DNA of 64,000 nucleotides from Narcine bancroftii (GCF_036971445.1 NC_091478.1:63116001-63180000); one strand, 5' to 3'; counted from the first letter of the stretch, positions 39,560 through 53,641 are shown. A program made the numbers and translations. The notes: generated from the sequence alone by a model not told the origin.

Positions 39560-41830
39560 GGCTAACATCAGGTTGGCACTGGAAGGACTGAGCACCTTGA
39601 TTAATAGCCAGCACATCCTGATGCCTTCCTGATCATTATCGGGGACTTCAATCAGGCCAACCTGAAGGATCCTCTAACAAACTACCAACACATCACATGC
39701 GAGTCCAGGGGAGCCAACACACTCGACCACCATGAAGAATGCTTATGAAGCCATGCCACAAACATACTTTGGCATGTCTGATCACCTGCCTGTATGTCTA
39801 CACCTGGCACACAAGCAGAGACCAAGGACCACAGCACCAGTCGTGAAGTCAGTGGATGACAGCAGATCGAGGAGCATCTGCAGGACTACTTTGAATCGAT
39901 GGACTGGAACATAATTCAAGAACTCATTCATAGACTTGAATGAAGATGGAACAGGTGTCACCAACTTCATCAAGACCTGTGTGGACAAATGTGTGCCCAC
40001 ATGCACATACCGGGTGTTTCCCGACCAGAAGCCTTGGAATAATTAGAGGATTCACAACTACTGAGGTTGAGATCAAAGGCATTTACGACCAGAGATCTAG
40101 ATCTCTACAAGAAGTCCAGGTATGATCTGTGGAATGCCATCTCTGAAGAAAAGTGACAATTCCAGAGGAATCTGGAGAAAGAGAATGCAGGCCATTACAG
40201 CCTACAAAGTGAGGGTAAACAGCTGTGATGCTTCATTACCCTATGAGCTAAATACCTATGCCTGCTTTGAGGAGAATCCAACAGTGCCTACTAGAATCCC
40301 TGAAAAGTCTGAGGACCCTGTGATATCTGTCTCCGAGGACCATGCCAAAATATAATTCAAGAAGGTGAACCCTTGCAAGGCATCAGGCACCATACTTAGC
40401 AGGGTACTGAAAATATGCACCAACAAACTAGCCAAAGTGTTCACAGACATTTTCAATCTCTCAATGCTACACTGAAGTTCCCACCTGCTTCAAAAGGGCA
40501 TCAATCATCCCTTTGCTCCAGAGCAGGGTGAGCTGCCTCAATGATTATCACCCAGTTGCCTTAACTTCTACTGTGATGAAATGCTTTGGGAGGTTGGTCA
40601 TGGCCAGAATTAACATGTACCTAAGCAAAGGTCTGAACCCACTGCAATTCACCTATCATCACATTCGCTTCACAACAGATGCAATATCACTGGCTCTCCA
40701 CTCAGCACTGAATCACCTCAAAAACAGCAACTCTTACACACACCTGCTCTTCATCGACTACAGCTCAGCCTTCAGCACCATTATTCCCTCAGTGCTGGTC
40801 ACAAGCTACAAACTCTGGGCCTCTGCACCACCACCCCCCTCCCACCCCTTACAACTGGATCCTGGACTTCCTTATCAGAAGACCAAAGTCAGTACAAATT
40901 GGAAGTTTCATCTCCTCCTCACTGATTATCAACACAGGCACACCTCAAGGATGAGTGCTTAACCCATTGCTCTACTCATTACACCTATGATGTGCGACCA
41001 GGCCCAATTCCAATGCTATCTACAAGTTTGCCGATGACACCATAGTTGCTGGCAGAATCACAAACAGCAATGAGGAAGCGCACAGGAGGGAGATAGATCA
41101 ACTTGCTGAGTGGTGTCCCACCAACAACCTTGCACTCAATGTTAGCAAAACCAAGGAGATGTTTGTGGACTTCAGGAGGAAGTCAGGGGAACATGACCCA
41201 GTCCCCCAGTCCTCATCGAGAGCTCAGAGGTGGAGAGGGTCAAGAATTCTTGTCAACATGTCCAAGGAGCATCCTGGAGCCTTCATGTCGATGCAATCAT
41301 GAAGAAGACACACAAGTGGCTATACTTTGTGAGGTGTTTGAGGAGATTTTGTATGTCACTGAAGTCCCTCAAAACCTTCTACAGGTGTACCATGGAGAGC
41401 ATTCTGGCTGGTTGCATCACTGTCTGGTTTGGAGGTGCCAACTCTCAGGACAAGAATAAACTTCAGAGGGTTGTTAAGTCGGCCTGCAACATCACAAGCA
41501 CCAGACTTCACTCCATCGAGGACATCTACAAGAGGTGGTGTTTTAAAAAAGAAGCCTCTATCCTCAAAGACCCCCACCACCTAGGCCATACCCTCTTCAT
41601 TCTGCTACCATTGGGGAAAATGTACAGGAGCCTAAAGACAAGCACTCAGTGGCACAAGGACAGTTTCTTCCCCACTGCCCATCAGATTCATGAATAATCA
41701 ATGAACCAAAGACGCTGCCTTACTTTTCATGTATTTTAAAAAATTTATTGTTGTAAGGTGGTTTATATGAATGTTTGCACCAGGATATTACCTCAATACA
41801 CCAATTTTCGTGACTTGTTCATGACAATAA
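39560..41830 (+). mobile_element. Rex1/Babar-like LINE in the last intron
   Basis: [32 protein letters not shown] and KFADD, with AATAAA near 41826. Confidence 0.88.
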
Positions 41831-44304
41831 ATTCTGATGGGCAGGTGTAGGAAAGGTGGAGATAGCAAAAGAGATGGAGAGATAATGCGTGTAGTTAACA
41901 TAGGGCTGCAAATTATGGACTCTGTTAAGAAAAAACTGTGGCAGGTGGAACCAGAATGTGGGTTCTTAAAATAAACAACTGACATTGCAGTTATTCAGTC
42001 ATTCTTAAAAATGAATCAATATAAGCCTTCAGTGTGGTTATAAAATTTGAAGAATTGTGAAGAGGTATTTGCCAGTAAAGAAATCAAGATTCCTTGAAAA
42101 AACTTTTCAGTGAAGGGATAGGAATTTCAGATAAGAAAGAGATAATGGTAGATTTCATAGAATGAAGAACTGTAGATTCAAAAAGAGTAAGAGATAAAAT
42201 GTGTTCAAGGTCAATAAGGATTCTAAAAAAATTACAAATTCAATTTTAAAGAGATAGAGACCACGATTTGAATTGAGTGAGGAGAAGGAAAGAAAATGCC
42301 CCAAAATATTTAATGTCTTTTAAATATCTGAATAGTCTATCCATTAAATTGTGTGTGTCGGGTCTTCAACTATGTAAAACAAGTGGGCTAGATTGATTTC
42401 TGTGTAATCTTCAGTATTACCAAAGACTGAGAATATACCCTTCAACGTTTAAAAGGTTAACCGCATGTGAAAATCCAAACTGCAGGAAACACTAAGGCCT
42501 CCTCAGTTGCCAACACACACTCACAGGAAGGAAGGGTGACAGAGCACTAATTTGGTCTTGAAGTAATAACATCAACAAGAGTGGAGAAAACAGATGGTGG
42601 TTATTTCATATATATGACTGATCACTGGTAATCCTCTTGATTATTCTCCTTGTACGTGGCTCCAAATGGTGAAAACAATGGCAAAAAGGGGTCACATGGT
42701 CAAAACAGAAGTAGCCTTGAACATATTAGATGCTCTTTTTTAAAAAAATATCTCTGTGATTGGATAAGTTTAATTATCATTAAAAGGCCATCACTCAATA
42801 TATGCCTTGATAAAATTAAGGGCTAAAAGTTAAAGCGTTTTTTTTTAATTAAGTAAATGTGTGTGATTATTTGTGCTATGACATATCTGTGCAGCCAGGG
42901 ACTTTTCCACAAGAATCCACACTCAGACGCACTAGATGAACCAGATGCAACGTGTAGTAATATTGTCGCCATGTCAGGGATGACAAAATGTCAATATAAA
43001 GCTGATTTTATAATTTAACTCTTCCAGGAATTCTCAAGCAGTCAGCAAAGTGATGGAATACTCTCCACTTGCCTGGAGGAGCGCAACTCAGACAATTCTC
43101 AGTCAGCTCATTTCTGCCCTGGTTAAGACAGCCCACTTGACTGCCCGCCCATCAACTGCTTGAACCATTCATTTCTCAGTGCCTGCGGTGTTTGCCATAC
43201 ACAAAGTAGACAGCAATCACTTATCTAGGCTGCTCTGACAGCACCTCACAAGCCTATGAAACAAGGATAGCAACTGTATGAAAACACCAGCATCTACAGG
43301 ATCCAACGTAAACCAGACACTGTGTTACTCTTTGAATCTAATTTGTTGGACTTTCATTGTTGTAGGTGGTGAAACTGCAAACAACAATGTGGGAGTACCT
43401 TCACCAAAAAAACAGCAGAAGAATGGCATTAGCTCAAGAAATGATGGTACGGTTAGTTTAGTAGTTCATAAAATGCTATTACCACACCAGTGATGCAGGT
43501 TCGAATCTGACGGTCTGTAAGGAGCATGTACATTCTCCCCGTGACCACACAGGTTTCTGCTGGGTGCTCCTTTATTTCCTTCCACCCTCCAAAATCATAT
43601 GGTCTTTGTAAATGGCAGATGTGGGTGCCACTGGCTCATGGGCTGAAATGAGCCCTGTTACCATGGTGTATCCCTAACATTTATTGGGAAGACCTCCCCC
43701 TTTCCAAGGGCAATTTGAAAAGGCACTTGAGTACTAGCCTTGCTGGTGATAGTGAGCTTTCAAAACTGAATAACCAAAAGGTCACCTTTCTAATTGTAAA
43801 TGCAGCTTCATGTGGAGAAAACCATCATTTACAATAATCACAATATGCAGTTATTTGATGTAGACAATAGGCAGTGCCCTTATGACTTGAAGCACATTGG
43901 ATAGCTCGCTTACGATAAGAATGCTCAAACTAAGAAAGGTTGCCGACAAGGCCGATAAATTAGTACTCCAGAAATCTGAACTAACAACCCTCATTATGAC
44001 AAACATGGAATTTGGAACACTATCAATTAGTCTTAATAACATTGTCAACAAAAATGAAGGGTCTCTAAAAATTCATCTAATTCGGGAAAGGTTATCTGCC
44101 ACCAGATCCATGCCTCATGTTTGACTGCTAGTTGGCTGCGCAAGTCTCTTAGGTATACCATTACAACAATGCTCAGAAAAAGAACAAAATTTCCAAGACC
44201 ATATGGCACTGACATGGGCATTAAATTCAGACACCACATCTGAGGAACGGTGTCTACATTTCGGAGAGCTCTACCAAACCTAGACAAGTCTAGGAATTAG
44301 ATAA

Positions 44305-45090
44305 CACCTGGCAACAATTTTTTCAATATTTTTAATTCCTGAGGAAATATTGGGGACCAAGCTGAACACAAAGATCATTTCAGATTTGCTCTGTCACATA
44401 GCAAGGTGGAGAAATATTAAACTTAGTTTTCTTGAATTTAGCGTGTTTATGGTGCTGACATATTGTGTTATTTCAACTGAACCAAGCTCTGAGGTAGACT
44501 GCACATGTTGCACAACAAGCATGAGGAGTCCAGGGTCACCAATTTTACAACTGAAGTAGAGCTCATAGGCTTTCTCAATAAGTGCAGTCAAGCTGTGTCG
44601 TTGAACCTTAAATTTTTCTTGCCACAAATGTTACAGAACGTATCGCAGCTGCTGCAACATTGACGAGACTTTCCTGTTGATTTGAATCTTACTGAAGACA
44701 ATAAATGCTATTGTTAAGTATACTCACTTACGCTATTGCCTGAAGAACATGTGCATCAGCAGGTGTTCAATCTACATCAATATAATGCACAGCATCTATA
44801 TACGTGAGCTGCTTTTATAACCTTTCTGCATCTATCCTGACTAAGCATGCCCAGTTCCTAGGCATTTGCAAAGCACTTAGCCAGGCATGCTTGGACTGAC
44901 CAAAATAGTTTACTTTGTGGGAAATAAACTAGCAAACTTAAAATATGAGCGGAAATCACAAAAATAGGTTGTATCTAAAAATGGGGTACGTGATGAGAAA
45001 TTTTTAAGGTGATTTTTGTGATCAGCAGCCCAAAAATCTATAAAATACACCCAAAAATGTTCAGGTAGCAAATTATGTTGTTGTCCAGTG
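44305..45090 (-). mobile_element. Chapaev3-like (CMC) DNA transposon, internally deleted
   Basis: CAC...GTG termini (CACCTGGCAACAA / TTGTTGTCCAGTG), 3-bp TAA on both sides, and the transposase remnant LIEKAYELYFSCKIGD. Confidence 0.72.
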
Positions 45091-45129
45091 TAATTAAACA
45101 GCCAATCATGATATATGGATCATATATCT

Positions 45130-45625
45130 TAGACTTTTACAGCACTGAAATAGGCCCCTCAGTCAGACTGTCCTTGCTGACCAACTAATTTACCTAAGAT
45201 TGTGCATTTTGTGCAAGTTGGCTCTTTAAACCTTTCCTGTCCATGTATCAGTCTAAGTGTCTTTTCAATGCTGCAGTTGTAACTCTATCAATTTATTTGC
45301 CCCCTTTTTCATACATCTACCTTTAGATGGAAAAAGCTGCCCCTCACATCTCTTTTAAATCGTTCCCTGCTCACCTTCTAGCTTTGGACACATCTACACC
45401 AGGACTGAGGCTATGACAATTTACCTCATCTCTGCTTCTCACAAGGTTGCCCTTCAACTCTCTACATTCCAGGGCAAAAAGGCTCAGCCTACCCTACATC
45501 TCCTTACAATTGAAACCCGCCAACCTTGGTAAAAATTCTCATGAATCTATTTTGCACCTTTTCTGGCTTAATGACATCTTTGCAGCACTGGGCACATTAC
45601 TCCAAGTGTAGTCTCACCAACAACA
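45130..45625 (-). mobile_element. Old CR1 3' fragment
   Basis: Decayed similarity to the CR1 RT C-terminus and 3'UTR. Confidence 0.55.
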
Positions 45626-45987
45626 TTCACACCAAGGCTCAAACAGAAGTGCTGAATAAATGATCCACCTTGACCTCCTCCTAAGATCTCCATCATGGAA
45701 GTAAATCTTCACCATTTCAGTTCTCTCCACATGATATCAAAAAATATCTTGAGCAATTGATACACTGGATACTTTGCCTTTGAATGGCACAACCTAGTTG
45801 CGGAGCTCAGAAGCCTTAATTAAAATGTCTGATTTGCAATACCAGTCTTTTTCACTCTGAACAGCTGTGGGGGAAAAAAAGGATCCTGAAACCCAGTCAT
45901 TTCAGAATAGAAAGACAATTCACAATAAAATGCTGACATATAATTCCTGAACCAATGCAAGATGAAATCCCCTAGATTGTAGCTTAC

Positions 45988-46092
45988 CTTTGTATTTACA
46001 GAATTTACAATAAATTAATGTCAAAGCAATCAGAAGCAGTAGAAAAATTCCTCCACAAAGATAAATCCACCATGGAAAAGAGATGGTTATAC
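45988..46092 (-). CDS. Exon 4: transmembrane exon
   Basis: GITISFPWWIYLCGGIFLLLLIALTLIYCKFCKYK. Acceptor TTTGAATCTACTTACCAG, strong donor AAG|GTAAGC, 105 nt, phase 1-1. Too short to appear in the ORF track. Confidence 0.88.
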
Positions 46093-47299
46093 CTGGTAAG
46101 TAGATTCAAAATAGAGAAATAAAGTCACATTCTCTCAAAGCAAATGATTCAGGAGGTTAACATATTCTGGGGCTCTCCAGAAATTATATTATGAATTTAG
46201 CCACCCTGTACAAAAACAGCATGGATAGTCAGACCAATATAGTCCAACTAACAGAGACAAATATTAACGCAAAGGGGCCTATTACACCTCACCAGTCACT
46301 CTGAGTAATGAATAGGAGAATCTTGATCCTCCAATTCCAGTGTCAAGTTTGGAATTGTATTTAAATTGTTCAGGGCAACAAAATGATACAGCAGGTAATG
46401 CTGCCATAGTGTTTCCTGCTCTCAGGATCCAGATTCAATCTTGAACTCCAATATGTTTCTAGGGAATTTGCATGTTTTCCCTGTGACCACATGTTTTCCT
46501 AGGGTGTTTCGGAATCTTCCCACATCCCCACAACATGCTCGTTGGTAGGTTAGTTTGCCTCTGTAAAATTCGTGAGTGTACAGGTGAAAGGTAGAATGCT
46601 AGGGACCTGGGAGAATAGGATTGATGGGAATGAGGGGAAAAAGAAGAAATAGGGTTCATGTAGGCAAAGCATAATGGAATGCCTGAGGGTTAACAACATA
46701 GTGGATTAAAAGGCCTGTTTGCACGGCCCATGTGTATGAAACAAGGTTGGACATTAGGTGCAAAAATATCATGCAGCAAAAGTCGTAAAATCCGGACTGC
46801 TTGGGGATTGGGTTACTCCAGATTTTCGGATTTTATTAATTCTCGGGCAGTACTGTTAAAATTCAAATTTAAAGTAGATTTTCATTATCAATGAAACATT
46901 TTTTTCACTTTAATGCAAAGTAGAAACAAACACAAATAAATATTTTTCTTACATTTTCCCACAACTTCCATGTGGTCCGTTGTTGCCACTGTGCATCTGT
47001 GGTGCTTATACACAGAAAAGCCGAGAATTCGAGAAGTCTGGATTTTCGATTGGTCTGAATTTCAGCCAAGAGTTTGAAAAGTCCAGATTCTCATGACTTT
47101 CCGGATGAGTCTTTCATGGGGGACCTTGCTAAAATCCATGTAGACCACATATACCACCCTACCCCCCTTAATTTCTTTTGTTACCTCCTCCAAATGTTCA
47201 TAGATCCCAATCTTAAAAATCCTCTCCATTAGTTTGATTGTTGACTGATGTCAGACTCACTGGTCTATAATTCCCAGGATTCTCCCTATTACCTTTTTA

Positions 47300-50200
47300 A
47301 AATTTTTTTTATTTAGTACTTCACCGTGAACCATGTTAGTAACAATATATACAAATATTCGGCATACAGTGGCATTTTCATTTTCCCCCCTTTCCTCACC
47401 CCTTATAACTTAAAGCAAGAAATGAAAGAAAGAAGAAGAAATAAACAATAGAAGAACACAAAAGAGAAGAAAAAGAAATTGTGCCGTCCAATATTTCACA
47501 TTTAATTATTTTCATACTTGAATCTTATGACTTCAAGAGATGGAGGTCTGAAAATGGCAGTTTCTAATATACTCTATGTATGGTTCCTAAATTTGTTCAA
47601 ATAAAGTATATTTGTCTTTTAGGTTGTAGGTAATTTTTTTCTAATGGAATACACATGTTCATTTCTATGGACCATTGTTGTATTTTAAAGGTTGCTTCCA
47701 TTTTCCAAGTTGTCATTATGCACTTTTTTGCTGCTGCGAGCGCAATCGTAATAAATCTTTTTTGAGCCCTGTCTAATTTTAGACCTAATTCTTTAACAGG
47801 AAGATTTTTGGGTCTTTTGGTATCCTATTTTTTGTAATTCTATTTAATATTAGGTTTAAAACTTCCCAAAAAATGTTCACTTTTGTACATGTCCAAATTG
47901 CGTGTATTGTTGTTCCAATTTCGTGTTTACAATGGAAATCCAACATAGTGTTGGATTTCATTCTTTTAACTTTTGAGGTATAACATATAGTCTATGTAGC
48001 CAATTATATCATTTGAAACTATTTATTGTATTAATCATGGTCCCTGCACATAATTCCTTCCATGTTTCATTCTTTATTCGTATATTTAAATATTTTTTCC
48101 AACATTGGGTTTATATATTGCTTCATCATTTGCTATATATGTTTATAATATATTTTTTTTACTATCGCGGTGTCTGTAATTGTATTCATAGCAGTTACTC
48201 TCAGATAATCTTAAGACTAGTTCCCAACTTTTCTTTTAAATAAGTTTTGAACTGATAGTATGAAAATATTGTACCATGTGATATTCCATACTTACTTTTG
48301 TAACTGTTCAAATGTCAATAAATTTCCCAAAACGCAATCTTTTATTCTTTTAATTCCTTTTCTTGCCCATTCCTTAAAAAAAATAATTGTCTATTGTAAA
48401 AGGAATTAATGGGTTTTATGTCAGTTGCATTTTGGGTATTTGATCATTTATTATCTTTCGCTCCAGATGTATTATCTTCCATGTTTTTAGTATATGATGA
48501 TATATTGGTAGATTATTACGTTGCACCAGTTTCTCATCCCATTTATAGAGTAAATGTTCAGGGACCTTTTCTCCTAATTTATATAATTCTATCTTGAGCC
48601 AATCCAGTTTTTTTTCCCACCTGATAAAATTCTAATAGATATCTTAACTGTGCTTCCCTATAATAGTTTATGAAATTTGGTAGCTGCAATCCTCCTTGTT
48701 TATACACCCATGTTAATTTTTCCGAAGCCACTCTTGATTTTTTTTTACCCTTCCATTAAAAATTTATTAATTTATTTAATTTCATTAAAAATTCCCATCA
48801 AGGCAATCTGTAGTGTTTGGAACAGATATTGTAGCCTTGGAAATACATTCATCTTGATGCAATTTACTCTCCCTATTAAAGTTCATGGTAAATCTATCCA
48901 TTTCTCTAAGTCTTCCTGTATTTTTTTTTATTAACGATTAGAAATTTAATTTATACAAACAATTTAAATTATTATCTATCGTGATACCTAAGTAACATAT
49001 GGCCTGTGATTGCCATTTAAAAGGGGATTCCCATTTACATTTTGTATAATCAACTTTGTTCATTGGCATCACTTCACTTTTATCAATATTAACCGTATCC
49101 TGATATTGCCTCAAATTTTTTCAATTTTTATTCATTTATCTGGGTCCATTAGATATACTATAATATCATCCACAAATAAGATAATTTAAAATTATTTCTC
49201 TTTTACTTTTATACCCTTTATCGTAGGTTATCAACTCTACCAATGGTTCTATAGCCAAAGCAAACAGGAATGGTGATTATGGGCATACCTGTCTTGTTGA
49301 CCTACTCAATTTAAAGTGGTCTGAACATATCCATTTGTTACCACTTTTGTCAAAGGACCATTATACTGTGCTCTAATCCAATTAATAAATTTTTCTGGTA
49401 ATTTGAATTTCTGTAGTACTTTAAACAGATAATTCAATTCTACCCTATCAAAAGCTTTCTCTGCATCAAGAGCTACTGCCACAGTTGGTGCTTTATTTAT
49501 TTCTGCTGCATGGATTAAATTAATAAATTTTTCAGACATTATCTACCACTCTTCTATTTTTAATAAATCTTGTCTGATCTAGCATCACTAATTTGGTACA
49601 CAGTCTGTTAATTTACTCACTAGTAATTTTGCTATTAATTTATAATCTGTATTTACTAAAGATATTGGTCTATATGAAGCCAGTGACAATGGGTCTTTTC
49701 CTGCTTTTGGAATTACTATGATCATTGCCGTTTTACATGAGTTAAGCAAATTCTGGGTCTCTTCCACCTGTTTCATTACTTCTATGAGGGACAGAATGAA
49801 TAGATTATTGAATACCTTATACAATGCTGCAGAGAATCCATCTTTGCCTGACATTATTATATGGTAATGTCATTAGTGTATCATGTATTTCTGTAATTGC
49901 CAGGTTAGTAATTTATTTTGATCTTCCAATTGTAATTGGGGTAATTCAATGTTTGACAAAAATTCATCTATTTTGTCGTTCTTCCCTGGGTTTTTGGTTT
50001 GATACAATTGCTTATAATTTTTTTAAAAATTTCCATTAATCTCTAATGGGTTATAGGAGATCTGTTAATCCTCCTTCCTTGTTGCTATGATATCTCTTGT
50101 TGTTTGTTCTGGTTTTAGTAGCCAAGCCAATATTTTATGGGTTTTCTCTTCTAATTCATAATATCTTTGCTTTGTTTTCATAATGTTTTTCTACTCTTTG

Positions 50201-52935
50201 TACGTTTGCCATGTATCATATTTTAATTTTTTTCTTTGTCAATTCTCTCTTTTTCTCTCCATCTTCCATTCTCATTAAATCTTTCTCTATAGTTACTATC
50301 TCTTTTTCCAATTGTTCTATTTCCCGATCATATTCTTTTTAAATCTTGGTCATGAAGCTAATTATTTGACCCCTAATAAAGGCTTCATTGCGTTCCATAC
50401 AATAAATTTGACTGTTACAGAATTTGCATTTGTCCCAAAATATATTTTAATTTGTTGTTCTATGTATTCCCGAAAGTCCTGCCTTTTTAACAATACAGAG
50501 TTTAGGCTCCATCTATATGTTTTTGGTGGAATATCCTCTGAAGCAATTGTCAATAACAAGGGTGAATGGTCTGATAAAAGTCTTGCCTTATATTCAGTCT
50601 TTTGAACTCTGCCTTGAATCTGAGCCGACAAACCTATCCTAGAATAGGTTTTATGTCTGTTTGAATAATATGAATAATTTCTTTTTTTTTTGGATGTTGT
50701 TTTCTCCATATCTCAACTATCTTCATATCATGCATTGATATCTATCTTCATATCATGTAAATTTAACTGCTTTATTTTTTATAATAGTCTTCCCAGTTTT
50801 ATCTATTGATTGGTCAAGGTTAAAATTATGGTAAAATGTGTCCCTGTGCATCTGCTATCTTTAAAAAAATTGTCCTGCACAAATTCCTGGTCATCTTCAG
50901 TAGGTGCATAAATGTTCAACAAGTTCCAAGATTCTGAATAAATCTGGCACATCGTCATTATGTATCTACTGGCTGGGTTTGTTATTACTTTATCTTAATT
51001 GGCAGATTCTTATTAACTAATATGGCAACTCCTCTGGTTTTTGAATTGTACAATGATGCCACTACATGACCTACCCAGTCTCTCTTCAGTTTGCGATGTT
51101 CTAACTCAGTTAAGTGTGTTTCTTGTATAAATGCTATGTCTATTTTCTCCATTTTAAGTGGTGTCAGTGTTTTTTCTCTTAATTTGATTGTGAATTCCAT
51201 TAATATTAATAGTCATATAGTTCTATGTATTCATCTTACCCATCCATTTTTACCTCCATTCCACCTCTTCAACCCCTCCATCTCCCTTCTTCTAAAATCT
51301 CTCTTTAGATTGTCCTTACTCTTTACTATACACAATGACACAACTAGTAGGAAAATAACAAAAACCATAAGAAAACCAAGAATAACATTAAATCCCCCTT
51401 TACTGAGTTGTCCTTGCCGCCTCACAAGAAACCACAACACTCTTTTCTACATGGGTTGTGGTGTATACCATAAATGTCAACAGATTTGTCAATGGACAGA
51501 TCCTCCCCCCTCCCCAGCACCCCCCCCAGAGAATCACTATATATTATTCCTAAAAATATAACAAAGCCTTTTTTTTAAAAACCTCTTTTTTTTCTTAAAT
51601 GTCTGTACTCAAACTATTAAGATTCCAACTTATTTATAGACATTATCTTAACAATCCTTTTATTATTTTCTTCATTCTTCTTCTTGTTGCTTATTTGGTA
51701 ATTGGTCCGCAAAGTGACAAGCATCTTCTGGATCTGAAAAGTCTATTTTTCCCACCAGGGATGAATATCTTCAATACTGCTGGATGCCGTAACTCAAAGT
51801 TATAACCCTTTTTCAATAGTACGGATTTAGTTAAATTCCTTTCACTTCTTTAAAAGTTCAAAGCTTATATTTGGATGAAAAATATTGTTTTCCCATTGTA
51901 CTCCAATGGTTCTTTATTTTCTTTCACTCTTTTCATTGCCAGTTCATTTTCTCTCTTGTATATCGTAGTAGTTTTATTAGTATGGATCGCGGTTTCTGAT
52001 GTGGCTGCGGTTTGGTGCCAATGTTCTATAGGCTTTTACAATTTCTATTTCTTCTTGGAGTTCTACTCCCAAAATCTGTGGGACCCATCTTTTTATAAAT
52101 CCTTTTATATCTGCCCCTTCTTCACCTTCTTTCAGGCCTACTATTTTTATGTCTGCTGAAATTCTCTAAAATGTCAATTTTTGGGGCCAATAAGTCATGT
52201 CCTCTTAATCTCCTTATCTCTATCTCCCAATTTTTCTCTTAACTCATTCACCTCCATTTCCACGCCTATCACTCTGTCTTCCACTTCATCACCCACTTGC
52301 TCATTTCTGCCATGGCATTCTCCATTCTTTGTATTTTTACATCTGTCTCTTGCATGTTTTTTTTAAATAATACTGAATTCAGCCATTATTGTTTCCATTA
52401 GAATCTTTATTTGACTGTCAAAGTATTCCTTATTTACCACCTGCATCTGTTTTTTTACCTTGTATTTTTTCTTGTATGTCTTTATCTTCCTCTTGATCTT
52501 TTCTCTTGCAACATTTCTTGGCTCTGTGTTGATCTTGTTTCTATTGTTGTCTTCTCCGCAGCTTTTCCCATTACAGAGTCAGTATCTTGCTGTCGGCGTC
52601 CGTTCCCTTTGGCGTCCTCTTTAGAATGCACGCTGGCATTTCTTTTTCAGGCTCCGCAAGCCAAAGCTCCAGACTGCCCCAGCGGACGTCACCCCTGAGC
52701 TGCCTAACAGCTCAGACCATCCTCTTTGGGAGAGCTCCCTGTTTGCGGACTCCAGTAAGGCCTTCCTCTTTTTTTCCCCCCCCAGCAATTTCTTCATCTC
52801 TTCTTTGGAACATCCTCAGGTTCTTCTTATACTTTTTCTCTTGCAACTTTTTTGGCTTTGCTTCTCTGTCTTGTTATCAACTTTCTCTGTGGAGGGCTGG
52901 TTTTCCCTAACCAGGCACTATTCCATCATATAATC
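47300..52935 (-). mobile_element. Near full-length decayed L1 in the C1-TM intron, inserted into a CR1 fragment (47110-47300, 52930-53170)
   Basis: EN 50985..51200 and 50362..50709, RT 49588..49854 and 49306..49539 (DAEKAFDRV), poly(T) on + at 47303. The CR1 motifs PGPDAIY and WKMANVVPLFKK continue across the insertion. Confidence 0.9.
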
Positions 52936-53350
52936 ACCCCATTACTTTTTTTAAACAAGGGGACTACATTTGCCATTTTCCAATCCTCCAGCACCTCCCA
53001 TGTGGCCAAAGAGGATTCAAAGGACAAAGCTACTGTCCCAGGTATCTCTTCTCTCACTTCCCACAGCAAACTGGAGTATATTGCGTCCGGCCCAGGGGAG
53101 ATCAATCTTGATATTTTTACGAAGATCCAACTTTTTCTCTTCCTAATTTCCACATTATCTAGTACACGTCTATTAAATTTTGACCTCAACGTCCTTTTCT
53201 CTTCTGAATACTGAAACTTGGGTTTCTGCAAACTCAGATTTAAAGTCACTGCAATTAGTGCAATTATTATAATGCAAAAGCATCAAAGAATTCAATAGAC
53301 AGTGTTATTATACGTAGATTGAATTCACACCAAACAAGGAATATTCCTAC

Positions 53351-53641
53351 CTTCGGAGCTGACAGTGTAATTGGCCAAAGCTGGAATTTTGAGGGTGGAG
53401 TGAACAACCTTACATCCATAAACAGTTCCATGCTGAGCTGGTTCAGAATCTTTCAAATAACTAACAGCTTCACTTAGACCCTCAGCAGTCTTCTGCGTCC
53501 TGGTAGTTACTCCATCTGTAATCTTTTGACCATTTTTAAACCAAGACAAGCTGTAATCCTCAGGATAGAAACCAGATGTTCTACAAATTAGAGAACCATC
53601 TGCAGGCTGCTTTGGTGAAATAGTCAGAGGTTCTGGGGAAA
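53351..53641 (-). CDS. Exon 3: Ig C1-set domain
   Basis: VSPEPLTISP...LICRTSGFYPEDYSLSWFKNG...AVSYL...YGCKVVHSTL carries the C1 signatures CxxxGFYP, WxKNG and YxCxVxH. Acceptor TTTTTCCACAG, donor G|GTAGGA, 291 nt. Confidence 0.93.

Noticed and set aside
26856-41830. Inverted pair of related Rex/Babar LINEs as a dsRNA-forming structure
   Set aside because: One copy lies beyond the gene's poly(A) signals and both are diverged, so they are unlikely to pair in one transcript.
43850-44290. Possible decayed Penelope-like RT (ADK and GTDMG-like motifs)
   Set aside because: Too degraded to classify without a database search.
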